From the NCBI GenBank assembly GCA_049472335.1, contig JBLIRO010000051.1, positions 1-35,527 of the forward strand: a stretch of 35,527 bases of DNA. The letters are read 5' to 3'. Each line of letters starts with the position of its first letter. Position 1 is the first letter of the stretch. Positions 9,510 to 18,692 of the stretch are shown one piece after another. The notes under the pieces were generated by a model. The model was not told where the DNA came from. It saw only the letters and a list, made by a program, of their open reading frames with translations, and did not search any database. The position numbers and the translations under genes are program-made. Origin of the DNA: a bacterium (GTDB taxonomy: Bacteria > SZUA-182 > DTGQ01 > JAFGSM01).

Positions 9510-10685
9510 GATATTTCCCCCATTCTTGATATCAAATCATCGACGAAATATTTTCTAAAATTAGAACAAAAAGCTAAAGCGGCTACCTACTCCGTAAAAA
9601 CGCCAAAGACCTGGACTTCGGCTAAAGAAAGAAAACCGTTGCCTTCTATATTCTTCCCCTGGATCTTAACTTTTACGAACCGACCACTGACAGGAATATC
9701 GGGCTTGAATAGCATAGAACCGCCTTGTTTGACAGGTCCTCTGAAATTTCTGCCCCAGATCTCCTCTTTCGAATTATCCAGCACGGAAATGCGCAAATTG
9801 CTTAAACGGTTGCCGCAACAATCCGATCTATTCCATATCACAATTTCTTCAATTTTAGCAGGCTTGAGAAGTTCAACTTGCCACCAGGAATTAAGTCTAT
9901 CATCTGTATGTGTGACTGAGTTATGAGAATAATTTCCGTCCGGGTTACCGTCAATTGCCCTCTCGGGGCTACCTCCATACCCTGTAGCCGACTGCGAAGC
10001 CTTTGATCCTGCTTCTAAAGCCAGGTTCTTATATTCAGGAGGTTTAGAATGTATTATCGAAATTTCGGCTTCGTTTCTGACCTCCTTGCCCTCTTTATTT
10101 TTTGCTATTAATGTATAAGTAGTTGTCTGGCTCGGGCTTACTTTCCTTGAGCCAGATTTATCAACATCTCCCACATCTGGAGATATTTTTACATTTACTG
10201 CATTTGTGGTCTCCCAGCTCAGTGTTGCAGACTGACCTGATTCTATAGAGTTAGGGTCAGCAGAAAAGCTCAAAATCTCAGGCAATTTAGTACGCAGTAT
10301 CAAGAAGAGAATCACGCCGACAACCAGCAGAATTAATACTACGCCACCGGCAATAATCACAGGGACCCAGTTAAAAGGCTTTTTGGGTGGAGCAGGAGAG
10401 GATGCGGCCTCAAGTTTGGCATCCAGATTAAAGGACCCTTCCGTCGCCACAATAAGGTTTTCCTGCCTTTGATACCCTTTCATTTCAAAGGTCACCAGCA
10501 GTTGCTGACCGCTATCTATCCTGGAATCATCGATCTCAACAATGAGCTCATAAAAGCCGTTCTTTGCGCTCTTCCCTTGCTGCAACTCTTCATTGTTCAG
10601 AAAAAGCTTTACGCTTGCCCCTATTACGGCCTGGCCTGTATTGTTATCTTTTACTTCTCCATAAACACGAAATTTCATGATATCC
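9129..10685 (-). repeat. Direct repeat of the ~390-bp constant region (N-domain plus TM) at ~9129-9515 and ~10292-10685; a third, more diverged copy at ~24590-24980
   Basis: For example ctatctatcctggaatcatcgatctcaacaatgag and cattgttcagaaaaagctttacgct are identical in the two operon copies. Similarity extends into the upstream RBS regions. Confidence 0.92.
9587..10678 (-). CDS. MKFR-family single-pass protein: constant N-domain, TM, PKD-like domain, C-terminal F-type (fucose-binding) lectin / F5/8-type domain
   Basis: NLAL...SQS...RAIDGN...THT...WWQV...IWNRSDCCGNRL...LSLAEVQV; exact H-x26-R-x-D-x4-R F-type lectin motif. Confidence 0.82.
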   Translation of the reverse strand: MKFRVYGEVKDNNTGQAVIGASVKLFLNNEELQQGKSAKNGFYELIVEIDDSRIDSGQQLLVTFEMKGYQRQENLIVATEGSFNLDAKLEAASSPAPPKKPFNWVPVIIAGGVVLILLVVGVILFLILRTKLPEILSFSADPNSIESGQSATLSWETTNAVNVKISPDVGDVDKSGSRKVSPSQTTTYTLIAKNKEGKEVRNEAEISIIHSKPPEYKNLALEAGSKASQSATGYGGSPERAIDGNPDGNYSHNSVTHTDDRLNSWWQVELLKPAKIEEIVIWNRSDCCGNRLSNLRISVLDNSKEEIWGRNFRGPVKQGGSMLFKPDIPVSGRFVKVKIQGKNIEGNGFLSLAEVQVFGVFTE

Positions 10686-10738
10686 CACCTATTTCTTGAT
10701 ATGATATTAAAGGTTCAGAGGGTTTTTATGCCTGTTAT

Positions 10739-11554
10739 TTATTCTATCCAGTAAACCCTATAGCCTACCTTCCCTTCCTTTTTCTCTATATTCTCTATAA
10801 TAAGATAGTAGGAAACAATATCGTTTTTTATTGTAACCTGAACGGACCACCGGATAACAAGCTCCGGTGTTTTGGGAAACACATCGATCAGGCAGAACCG
10901 GGAAGGAGAATTAATAGGTTTTTCTCCGATCCAGAGCGATTCTTCTCTGTTCCCGGGCTCCAGGTGTTTTTCGCCCTGCTGTATATTGCTCCTTTCTTTA
11001 ACTAAACCCTGGACACCCGGACCCGTCATTTTGATCCCTTCGTCACGTATACCGGTTATTCCATTCTCTTTGATTCCTGCCTCACAGAGTTCTACAACAT
11101 CGGATTCCACCGGCTTCTCTTCATATGCCGAGATCTCGAATACCTCTTCTATTCGAGTTGGCTGCTGGTACTGGGGATATGCGCTACTTACCTGTGTATC
11201 CGCAGACTTCTCCTGATACCTGATCCCAATATATAACTTCTTCTTTTTAAGGCTGAGAAGCCGCTTCACCATATCTTCAGGAATAACATAGAAAAAGGTC
11301 TCATTAAGGATTATTTCCCGGCCAAGTCCGTCAATAGCCATCCCCGGAATGATCTTAACGCTGAAAGGGCCATGTTCAACGGCAGGGCTGACCTGAAGAC
11401 CTGAAACGACCCCGTGATGGTGAGAAAAAAGATTATGCAGCCGCCGTTTTTCAATATGGTACTGCTGTTCAGAGGCCCAGTCCTTGGCCCGTGTGAAAAA
11501 ACCATCAAAAAAACGTAATCGTTTAAAAAGATCCCATGATATTGGCATCGGCAC
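10739..11554 (-). CDS. Short fibre-attachment (Afp13-like N-terminal) protein without a distal receptor-binding region
   Basis: KRLRFFDG.F....DW..EQ.YH...RRLHN....H.GVV.GL.V...PG.AID..GREI is the N-terminal motif typical of proteins following gp7 in CIS loci; only 271 aa. Confidence 0.65.
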   Translation of the reverse strand: MPMPISWDLFKRLRFFDGFFTRAKDWASEQQYHIEKRRLHNLFSHHHGVVSGLQVSPAVEHGPFSVKIIPGMAIDGLGREIILNETFFYVIPEDMVKRLLSLKKKKLYIGIRYQEKSADTQVSSAYPQYQQPTRIEEVFEISAYEEKPVESDVVELCEAGIKENGITGIRDEGIKMTGPGVQGLVKERSNIQQGEKHLEPGNREESLWIGEKPINSPSRFCLIDVFPKTPELVIRWSVQVTIKNDIVSYYLIIENIEKKEGKVGYRVYWIE

Positions 11555-11639
11555 TACCTTTCTATGCTTTTAGTGTAACCTTTCATAGATTATGTTCTGA
11601 GCAGGTCACATCTTATTTATTTTAACCAGGCAGCCTTTT

Positions 11640-12497
11640 TTAACTCTCAGGATAATTTATAACAGAAAAATTATCTTTACGCCACCTTACAACAGACATC
11701 CATGTATGGGCCGGCTTTACCTCTTCAACTATTTCAACTATAAATGAAAGGATGAATCTTACCTTCTCTTCATCCACTAAATCATCAGATGTCAGGTATA
11801 TAGTGAAGGTATTTTCGGCCTCGATATTGGTATCGATTATCTGGGTATCAAGACCGATGGTTGACTCTATTCCGATAGCAAAAGTCGGGGCAAAGTTTTC
11901 TACGATCTCGACACCCACCTTTGCCTTTTTATTTCTTTCCTGGTACTTGGGTGCTCCTCGAGTATATTTCATATCAACGAGCCCGGGGTCGATCTTTAAA
12001 TATTCCGCTATGGCCCGGTTAAGGGCAAATAAAAGTCCTGCCAGAGTTCCTTTCCCTAATAAAAGAGGGGCTGTCCGTCTAAGAAGCAGTCTGAGTTTTC
12101 CCTCCTTTGCCCGGGAATCTTCAGAGGAGCTTATACCTTTTTGAAGGATCTCCTGATGCCAGTCCCCTATCCAGGGATAAATTACTGCAGGATAGGAATT
12201 GAGATCAAGGTTGAGCCAGCTTCCCAGACTAAGGAGATATTTGACAGGAACCGTTCTGGGATTAAAAAAACACCATATATGATCGATGGTTTCTTCAAGA
12301 GGCGGATGAAAATTACCGGAAAGACCGGGATCTTCTTTCTGCCCTGAATTCTCATAAGGATAGCCTGACCATATGCGCTCAAATATCTTTAAAAAATGTC
12401 CCAGAAAAGGATCATGCTCCAGTGTTTCATGGAATATCGCCGGGAGATAATCCATATAGCTGCTGAATTCGCTTTTGTGATTATTCTGTGTCGTCAT
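11640..12497 (-). CDS. Baseplate wedge protein, gp7 / P2 gpI-like
   Basis: YLPAIF, FLGHFLKIFE, FFNP..VP..YL..L.SWL, KGTLAGL and KPAHT motifs; follows gp6/J. Confidence 0.88.
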   Translation of the reverse strand: MTTQNNHKSEFSSYMDYLPAIFHETLEHDPFLGHFLKIFERIWSGYPYENSGQKEDPGLSGNFHPPLEETIDHIWCFFNPRTVPVKYLLSLGSWLNLDLNSYPAVIYPWIGDWHQEILQKGISSSEDSRAKEGKLRLLLRRTAPLLLGKGTLAGLLFALNRAIAEYLKIDPGLVDMKYTRGAPKYQERNKKAKVGVEIVENFAPTFAIGIESTIGLDTQIIDTNIEAENTFTIYLTSDDLVDEEKVRFILSFIVEIVEEVKPAHTWMSVVRWRKDNFSVINYPES

Positions 12498-12512
12498 TTT
12501 TCTTCTTCTTTT

Positions 12513-15500
12513 CTATTCCTCAACCTGATACTCTTCAACCTTTACCTCATAGAGATAGGGCAATTGATTCCTGTGAAGGATCAGTTTCCCTGTCTCTCTG
12601 GGGATAATGTTTTTATCGCTGTCAAATATCTTGACATCGGTTACATAGGCAACCTTTAAGCTGAGGCGCACCTGGTGGGCTATTTCATAAACATAGATAT
12701 CCCGGCCCATGGGCCACCCTTTACCATCTTCACCGCCTCTTAAGGGATCGAAATATTCCTTTAAAAACCGCTCTATCTCAGGCTGGACCTCTTTCTTTGT
12801 AAATCCCGCCTTCATCTTGACCTTCACCAAAATTCCTAGCCCTACATATTCGGGGCCCTTTACACTGAGGCGTATCGTTAAAAGCCGCCTTTTATCAATA
12901 TACCTATATACCTTCCTTAAGAGGGTCTCCGTCGGATAAATCTTCCCGAGTTCCTCATTCAAGGAGATCTCTTTAGGGAGAATAATAAGCTCAACCGTTC
13001 CGGGTTCAGCAGTAGGAACACATTTGGCACTATGCACATTGCTCGATGCCTCCCTGGCCAGGGTCTCAAAGTCTTCCCTTGTGACCGCCCTGTAGCGATG
13101 TTTAAGAACCATGGAACCTCTTACCTTTAATTCATCCAGGGTCTCCTGCTCCCTCCCGCCTTGAGCCGCGTCCAAATTAGTAACCTCAACCCCGCTAACT
13201 GGCTGAATCAACTGTGTTACTGTTTCCGCGGGCACGTTTCCTGCCTGTCCATGGCACCATTCGTAAGATGCCTTAATTCTCTGTCCGGCTAATGGCACCC
13301 TCCCCTTCATGCCGTCACCAAACCTTATCTCTCCTGTTTCCACATCAAGAATAAAGTGAGGATCATTACTATTGGAATGTAAAAATGTATCTACCATCTG
13401 CCATTTGGAAAAACCGGCATGCTCGCCTTCGTCCTTTTCTGGCGAATCCGGCTCTGATACATAAAGATTGAAATTCTGAGGGGTCTCCACAAGACGGCCG
13501 CTTATGATTTCTTCATTCCTTTCTAAATAAACCGGCCGTTTTTTCGTAAAGAGGGTCTGGTTTGCTTCTCCATTGCTCGGCCATTCCTCCTCAACAGTTC
13601 TGACATTAGCTGCCCAAACAGTATTAAGCCTTATATCCCTTACCCTGGGAGGCCGCTCAAAACTCCCGCTGATCCACCGCACCCTGATCCAGTAACACTC
13701 GTCTGAAGGCGAATCCTGGGATTGAAAAAGTGTCCTTGGCTTGAAATTTCTGGGCGCCTGAAATCTCATCAGACCGCTGAGCTGGAAATTGAAGGTCTCA
13801 TCCATTTCAACCTGCAGGGATTCCCACACTTCACCGTTCCAGTATTCCCATATGATATTAACTCCGGACGGCGATTCTGTTTGAAGCCAATAAGGGGCCT
13901 GAAAAGACTCTGATCCATAGACTTTGTCAACTGGACGTGATACGCCCTCTTCCATGGCGATGTATACCTGAACTATCTCGGGGATTTCCCGTTGCTCTCG
14001 AATAAAATTGACATAAAAGCCAAAATAGAACGCGGGATACCGGTCCGTATCCGCTTCAAAAAACAGAGCGCCATTTTTTTTCTTTATCTCCTTTGTAATA
14101 TCTCTGTAATAAAAATTGTCGAAAACAATGACCTGGGTTAATTCAAGGGGACGCTGATCTTTATCTTCAACCTTCATGTCAATATGGCTGAAGTAAGGAG
14201 GGCGGATGGGTATTTCCACCCATTCCCTCTTTCCGTCTTTTTCCACAAAGTGACCGGGTACACCATAATTCCCCTTCACGATCCTTGCCCGTATCCAGAA
14301 ATTCTCCTCATCCTCTATGATCAGAGGGGCAATATCATTAGGAAGGACAAAAAGGACCGCTCCTGTCTCTGTTAAGGCCCTGGTTTTATCTTCAAAATCA
14401 AACCCGCCCTTGCTGGTGCCTTTGGGGGAGGCAGTACCGATCTCGATCCATTTTTCTCCGTTCCAGTATTCCCACGCCAGTTGAAGATCTTCGGATACCG
14501 ACGGTACGTCCTGCGTCCTTTGGAAATTGATTGAGATCTTAAGTCCCTTTACAAGCCCCAGCATCATGCATCCGCAATAAAAGACATTCCTTTCCTGGGG
14601 CACATCGGTAAATGGAGTAAAAACATCCATAGAATCAACAGGTGTATAAATGTCCCCTTCACCTGAATAGGAAAAAAGCCTGTCCGGAACAACCCCGTAT
14701 GCAGTTGTCTGAACAGAGGAACTTGTCTGAATTAAACGAAGATCCTGGTCGAAATAATGAGGCTCTATAACTCCCCGTATCCAGCTCTGTTCAACATCCT
14801 TTTCCTCTATGCGAAGCAGCTTGTCTTTGCATCCTGTAATCTCATGTAAAATGATTGTCACTACCGGTTTTGGCTCCGGTTCATATGACACGAAATGAAC
14901 GGCCTTCTTCCACTCCTGTCCGTTCCAATATTCCCATGAAATGGCATCAAAAAACCAGCGGTCTTCCTCGCTCCTCAAGCTAAATTCTAGCTTGACGGCT
15001 ATACCCCCGCGAACGGACTTCAACATGGGACTACCCATATATAGATGTCGTTCCAGCCTGTCATGTCCCTGAAAAAGCGGGACCTGTCCTTTTTTATCCT
15101 CACCAATCAGTGACAGAGTGTAATCAATGCGTTGGAAATCCTTCAGCGCAGGGTCAAAATAAAGGCCCACAACCTTGTTGAGATTTGCGGGGAAGACCCT
15201 TAGATCATCCTCTATTCTGAAGAATATCTGTTCGCCGTTCACAGCTATTGTTGAGGCAATCTCGCTTCCCTTAGGCACAAATCCCGTAGTCTTTGCGCCG
15301 GTTGTGAAGGTAAGCAATGTCTTTGCCGGCTCAGGTGGTTTTCTTGATAGGCCTAATAACTCGAGAAAGGCCAGATAATTCTTATCCGGGACCCTGTTGA
15401 GGCGATAGATAATCATTTCTGTCATCCAGGCAAATAACTGAATAAGCGTTATTCCGGGATCACTCTCGTTGTGGTCCGTCCATTCCGGACAATAGCGGTT

Positions 15501-15572
15501 GATAAGGGATCGAGCCTGCTTTACAATATCTTCGAATGTTCTATCATCTAGATTTGGTAATTTGATGGCCAT
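12513..15572 (-). CDS. Baseplate assembly protein, gp6 / P2 gpJ-like (Afp11-type)
   Basis: LPNLDDRTF, PEWTDHNESDPGITL..LFAW, IRFGDG..GRVP, RAVT.EDFE.LA and F.PL.GG..G.GWP.GR. Confidence 0.95.
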   Translation of the reverse strand: MAIKLPNLDDRTFEDIVKQARSLINRYCPEWTDHNESDPGITLIQLFAWMTEMIIYRLNRVPDKNYLAFLELLGLSRKPPEPAKTLLTFTTGAKTTGFVPKGSEIASTIAVNGEQIFFRIEDDLRVFPANLNKVVGLYFDPALKDFQRIDYTLSLIGEDKKGQVPLFQGHDRLERHLYMGSPMLKSVRGGIAVKLEFSLRSEEDRWFFDAISWEYWNGQEWKKAVHFVSYEPEPKPVVTIILHEITGCKDKLLRIEEKDVEQSWIRGVIEPHYFDQDLRLIQTSSSVQTTAYGVVPDRLFSYSGEGDIYTPVDSMDVFTPFTDVPQERNVFYCGCMMLGLVKGLKISINFQRTQDVPSVSEDLQLAWEYWNGEKWIEIGTASPKGTSKGGFDFEDKTRALTETGAVLFVLPNDIAPLIIEDEENFWIRARIVKGNYGVPGHFVEKDGKREWVEIPIRPPYFSHIDMKVEDKDQRPLELTQVIVFDNFYYRDITKEIKKKNGALFFEADTDRYPAFYFGFYVNFIREQREIPEIVQVYIAMEEGVSRPVDKVYGSESFQAPYWLQTESPSGVNIIWEYWNGEVWESLQVEMDETFNFQLSGLMRFQAPRNFKPRTLFQSQDSPSDECYWIRVRWISGSFERPPRVRDIRLNTVWAANVRTVEEEWPSNGEANQTLFTKKRPVYLERNEEIISGRLVETPQNFNLYVSEPDSPEKDEGEHAGFSKWQMVDTFLHSNSNDPHFILDVETGEIRFGDGMKGRVPLAGQRIKASYEWCHGQAGNVPAETVTQLIQPVSGVEVTNLDAAQGGREQETLDELKVRGSMVLKHRYRAVTREDFETLAREASSNVHSAKCVPTAEPGTVELIILPKEISLNEELGKIYPTETLLRKVYRYIDKRRLLTIRLSVKGPEYVGLGILVKVKMKAGFTKKEVQPEIERFLKEYFDPLRGGEDGKGWPMGRDIYVYEIAHQVRLSLKVAYVTDVKIFDSDKNIIPRETGKLILHRNQLPYLYEVKVEEYQVEE

Positions 15573-15609
15573 ATTTAATGCCTCACGAATCTTCTAATTT
15601 TAAAAATAT

Positions 15610-16035
15610 TTATCCTTCTGTCAGATAAAAGGGATAAACCAGATTTTCCCGTGTATTTGTGCTGCGTACTTTATATTCAATTCCTACAAGGACCTTGCCC
15701 TGTTCCCTCCGGTCAAAATCAACGCTGACCTTTAAAAGCTCAATCCTCGGCTCCCATCGGGTCAAGGCATCTTCGACATGATAGCGGATAAGGCCCCTCG
15801 TTGTTTCATTTAATGGCAAAAAGACCATTTCATGGATACCGCACCCGAACTCGGGACGCATTATCCTCTCTCCTTTGCTGGTGCCCAGGATAATCAGAAT
15901 AGCCTCCCGAATATCCTCTTCCATCTCAGAAAGGGAGAGCCGTCCTTCTTTCAGCATAGAAGGAAAAGACCAGCCCTTACCCAGAAACTCCTTGCTGAAT
16001 TTCTCTTTGTCTTTCAGATTATTCTTTGAGTCCAT
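15610..16035 (-). CDS. gp25/GPW-family baseplate sheath initiator (Afp9-type)
   Basis: FLGKGWSFP, IIL.T..GER.MRPEFGC, RWEPRI and NLVYPFYL. Confidence 0.96.
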   Translation of the reverse strand: MDSKNNLKDKEKFSKEFLGKGWSFPSMLKEGRLSLSEMEEDIREAILIILGTSKGERIMRPEFGCGIHEMVFLPLNETTRGLIRYHVEDALTRWEPRIELLKVSVDFDRREQGKVLVGIEYKVRSTNTRENLVYPFYLTEG

Positions 16036-16036
16036 T

Positions 16037-16882
16037 TTAGTTAATCTTAACCAGGCTCCCTTTAATTGTCATTACACCACTGGTTTTGGCGTTGAAAGAA
16101 GAATCCGATTCCAGTGTCATTGTCGCCTTTGATTTTATCTCTGCTGACCCGCCTGCTCTGACCTTAACATTACCTGCCCTGATATTCACCCCTGACTTTG
16201 CCCGGATGTCCACATTCCTTGCATCTATCTTGAATGTGCCCCGGGGGGCTTTTACCTCGATGTTACCTTCTTTGCTCTCTATGGTTATGAGATTGGAAGC
16301 TGTATCCAGGGTTATCCTGTTCCCACCCTGATCATCCACAATCCCGATCTTTTCGTTACCTTTTGTCACCTCGATGACAATGTAGTGCTTTCCCTGCTGA
16401 GCGCCCCTCAATAGGATCTTCTCCTCACCCTCCGTATCGTCAAACCTGAGTATGCTTCCGCTTCGGGAAACGATGGAGCGATAGTTGTTTTTCGCATCGC
16501 TGTCCATCTCTTCAGGCGGTCTTGCATCATCATCCCAGACAGAACCAATAATATACGGACGGTTTATATCGCCGTTGTGGAATGCGACCAAAACCTTGTC
16601 ACCCGTCTCCGGTATGAAATATCCTCCTCTATCGGCCCCTCCCATAAAGCTCGCTACTGGGGCCCAGGCGCTATCAGATCGTTTTTCTCTATTCCCCTGC
16701 CTTCCTTCTATGTTCCTCATGTCTCCCTCATTGCAGAGCCACGGGAAATTCACCTTTATTCTTGCACGGTTTTCCGGATCATTGATGTCGACTACGGTTG
16801 CCGTTACAATCCCGCTGATCTTTTCATGGGTATCATGCATTGCCTCGCTTCCTTTGACGAGTTCATAAAGACCTTCTATCAC
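16037..16882 (-). CDS. gp5/gpV-like central spike (OB fold plus beta-helix), C-terminal half of a split VgrG
   Basis: V.D.NDPE...RIKV.FPW, WA.V...GG..RG.YF.PE.GD.VLVAF..GD...PYI.G.VW, then beta-helix repeats ending IKGSLVKIN. Confidence 0.93.
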   Translation of the reverse strand: MIEGLYELVKGSEAMHDTHEKISGIVTATVVDINDPENRARIKVNFPWLCNEGDMRNIEGRQGNREKRSDSAWAPVASFMGGADRGGYFIPETGDKVLVAFHNGDINRPYIIGSVWDDDARPPEEMDSDAKNNYRSIVSRSGSILRFDDTEGEEKILLRGAQQGKHYIVIEVTKGNEKIGIVDDQGGNRITLDTASNLITIESKEGNIEVKAPRGTFKIDARNVDIRAKSGVNIRAGNVKVRAGGSAEIKSKATMTLESDSSFNAKTSGVMTIKGSLVKIN

Positions 16883-18012
16883 TCTGACCTCCCTCTGGCA
16901 TTCCTTTGGACGAAAATCTTTGTAGAATATCCCGATCCATCAATAATATGACTCACCCTGCTCACATAATAAGGTCCGCTCAATTTTGTCCCTATACCCT
17001 CAATTTCTATTATCTCACCAGCCCTTATTTCAGGATTCCCCACTATTTCGGCCATGCCGGTGATGTATCTCAGGGTTTTCCCATTCATATACGACTGGGC
17101 GATCCATCTGGCGCTATAGTCGTCCGGAGCGGCATGCGTTGTGATCAACTGCTCATGCCTCTTCACAACCTCCGTGGCAGGGATGTCTCCCATAACCTTG
17201 TTTGATTCTATACTGTCAACCGTCCCAATAATGGCCCCCTGCCTTCCTCCCCTTCCTTCGGTTCGGTCGGATCTGACCGTGACCCGTGTGGGAATGCCCT
17301 GCGTGGCAATCCTCGAATAGAAACTCTGAATATTGTACCCCCATTTCAGGGTAAGCTTGGGATCAGGATAGCTTTGAATCTGGGGGCTTTGAAAGATCAA
17401 ACAATGCTGACCCTTTACTTCATCCCATTTCACCGAATATTCCCAGTCTATCATGTCAGCCATTTCCTTCAGAAGCGAGGCATATGATATCTGGTTCTGC
17501 TGCCGGGACTCAAACCGGAGATCGCATGGCTCAATCCTTGAATCGAAACCGGCCTCACTTGCCATCATCTGGACAATGTCCTGTATTCTCTCGTTGCTCC
17601 ATCTTCTGATATTTTGGGAGGCATCGAGCTTTTCAAGATCATAGAACAACGACTTTCCGTTTATGGTTACAACTACCGCCCCATCCTTGGAGAAATCGGT
17701 TTCCCTGGACATGATCCGCCCTTCTGTCATAGGATACATATTTCCAAGGTATCCCATCCGGATGTTGACCATCTCCTTCTCGTCAATGAGGGCCTCGTCT
17801 AAATACTCGAAATCCTTTCGATGAAAATGGCCGGACCTCCAATGCTTATGCCGGTCAACAAGTGTCACGGAAAAGGTATCAGCTCCTCTTGCATAATCAT
17901 CTACTGCAATAGACTTGATTAGATCGTTATTGCCCATCTGTAAGACATTACTGCCCAAGGTAACCTTATAGGATGGAACATGAATTATTTCTGCATTAAG
18001 GGCCATAATCAA
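16879..18012 (-). CDS. gp27/phage late control D-like spike hub (Afp8 N-terminal half)
   Basis: I.MGY, EG.I, Q.Q.S...LL..MA, L.WG.N..SF and GNP.IRAG..I.I.GIG.KLSG.YYV..V.H; ATGA overlap with the spike gene. Confidence 0.9.
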   Translation of the reverse strand: MIMALNAEIIHVPSYKVTLGSNVLQMGNNDLIKSIAVDDYARGADTFSVTLVDRHKHWRSGHFHRKDFEYLDEALIDEKEMVNIRMGYLGNMYPMTEGRIMSRETDFSKDGAVVVTINGKSLFYDLEKLDASQNIRRWSNERIQDIVQMMASEAGFDSRIEPCDLRFESRQQNQISYASLLKEMADMIDWEYSVKWDEVKGQHCLIFQSPQIQSYPDPKLTLKWGYNIQSFYSRIATQGIPTRVTVRSDRTEGRGGRQGAIIGTVDSIESNKVMGDIPATEVVKRHEQLITTHAAPDDYSARWIAQSYMNGKTLRYITGMAEIVGNPEIRAGEIIEIEGIGTKLSGPYYVSRVSHIIDGSGYSTKIFVQRNARGRSE

Positions 18013-18040
18013 TTTACCGTAATCTCTATAACTACTATGA

Positions 18041-18667
18041 CTACTTCCCCCTTAAAGGAGGAATATATAACCTTGTACCTGGTTTCAGGGACCGGGGGTC
18101 CTCGATACCATTGATGTCGGCAATAGGACGCCATTCTCCGGGATCATTATACATCTCCCAGGCAATGGCACTAAGAGTCTCTCCGTCCTTTACAACATGC
18201 CATTTTGAATAATCGGGTGAACGTTTGACCTCTTCAGCCTTTCCGTAGGAAAACCTTTTAAATCTGACATCTACTGTGGCACGCACAGGCATTCCGTTTT
18301 CTAAAAACAAAAGGTATCTCACATTAGCGCCTTCAAGAACAGCAGTGAATTGAATACCTACCCCCCAGGAAAATAGCACAATCGGCGGCGCATGAAGTTC
18401 CGGATCCGATTCAATCAGCGATAGCAGCGGTCTGATATATTCTTCTCTAACGTCAGTCTCATCCTCAAAGGTGTCAAAAAAAAGTTGCATGGAGAGACTC
18501 TCGGCGCCACCTCTGATAAATTGTATTAGGGGTGCGTCAAGGCCCGGAATCTCCACCTCTTGATAAAGATTGAGCTTATCAATTGTACAATCAGAGGGAT
18601 TAAACAGGACCTTTATCGCCCCGCTGCCGGTGTTGATAGGAATAATCTCTGCCTTTTCGAGCGCCAT
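18041..18667 (-). CDS. Tube initiator with C-terminal LysM (Afp7/gp48-54-like)
   Basis: VLFNP, LFFDT.E, PP.VLFSWG, G.PVRATV and LysM HVVKDGETLSAIA...Y.DP..WR.IA..NGI.DPR.L.PG. Confidence 0.93.
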   Translation of the reverse strand: MALEKAEIIPINTGSGAIKVLFNPSDCTIDKLNLYQEVEIPGLDAPLIQFIRGGAESLSMQLFFDTFEDETDVREEYIRPLLSLIESDPELHAPPIVLFSWGVGIQFTAVLEGANVRYLLFLENGMPVRATVDVRFKRFSYGKAEEVKRSPDYSKWHVVKDGETLSAIAWEMYNDPGEWRPIADINGIEDPRSLKPGTRLYIPPLRGK

Positions 18668-18692
18668 TTTTTATCTTAATCCCCCCATACCT

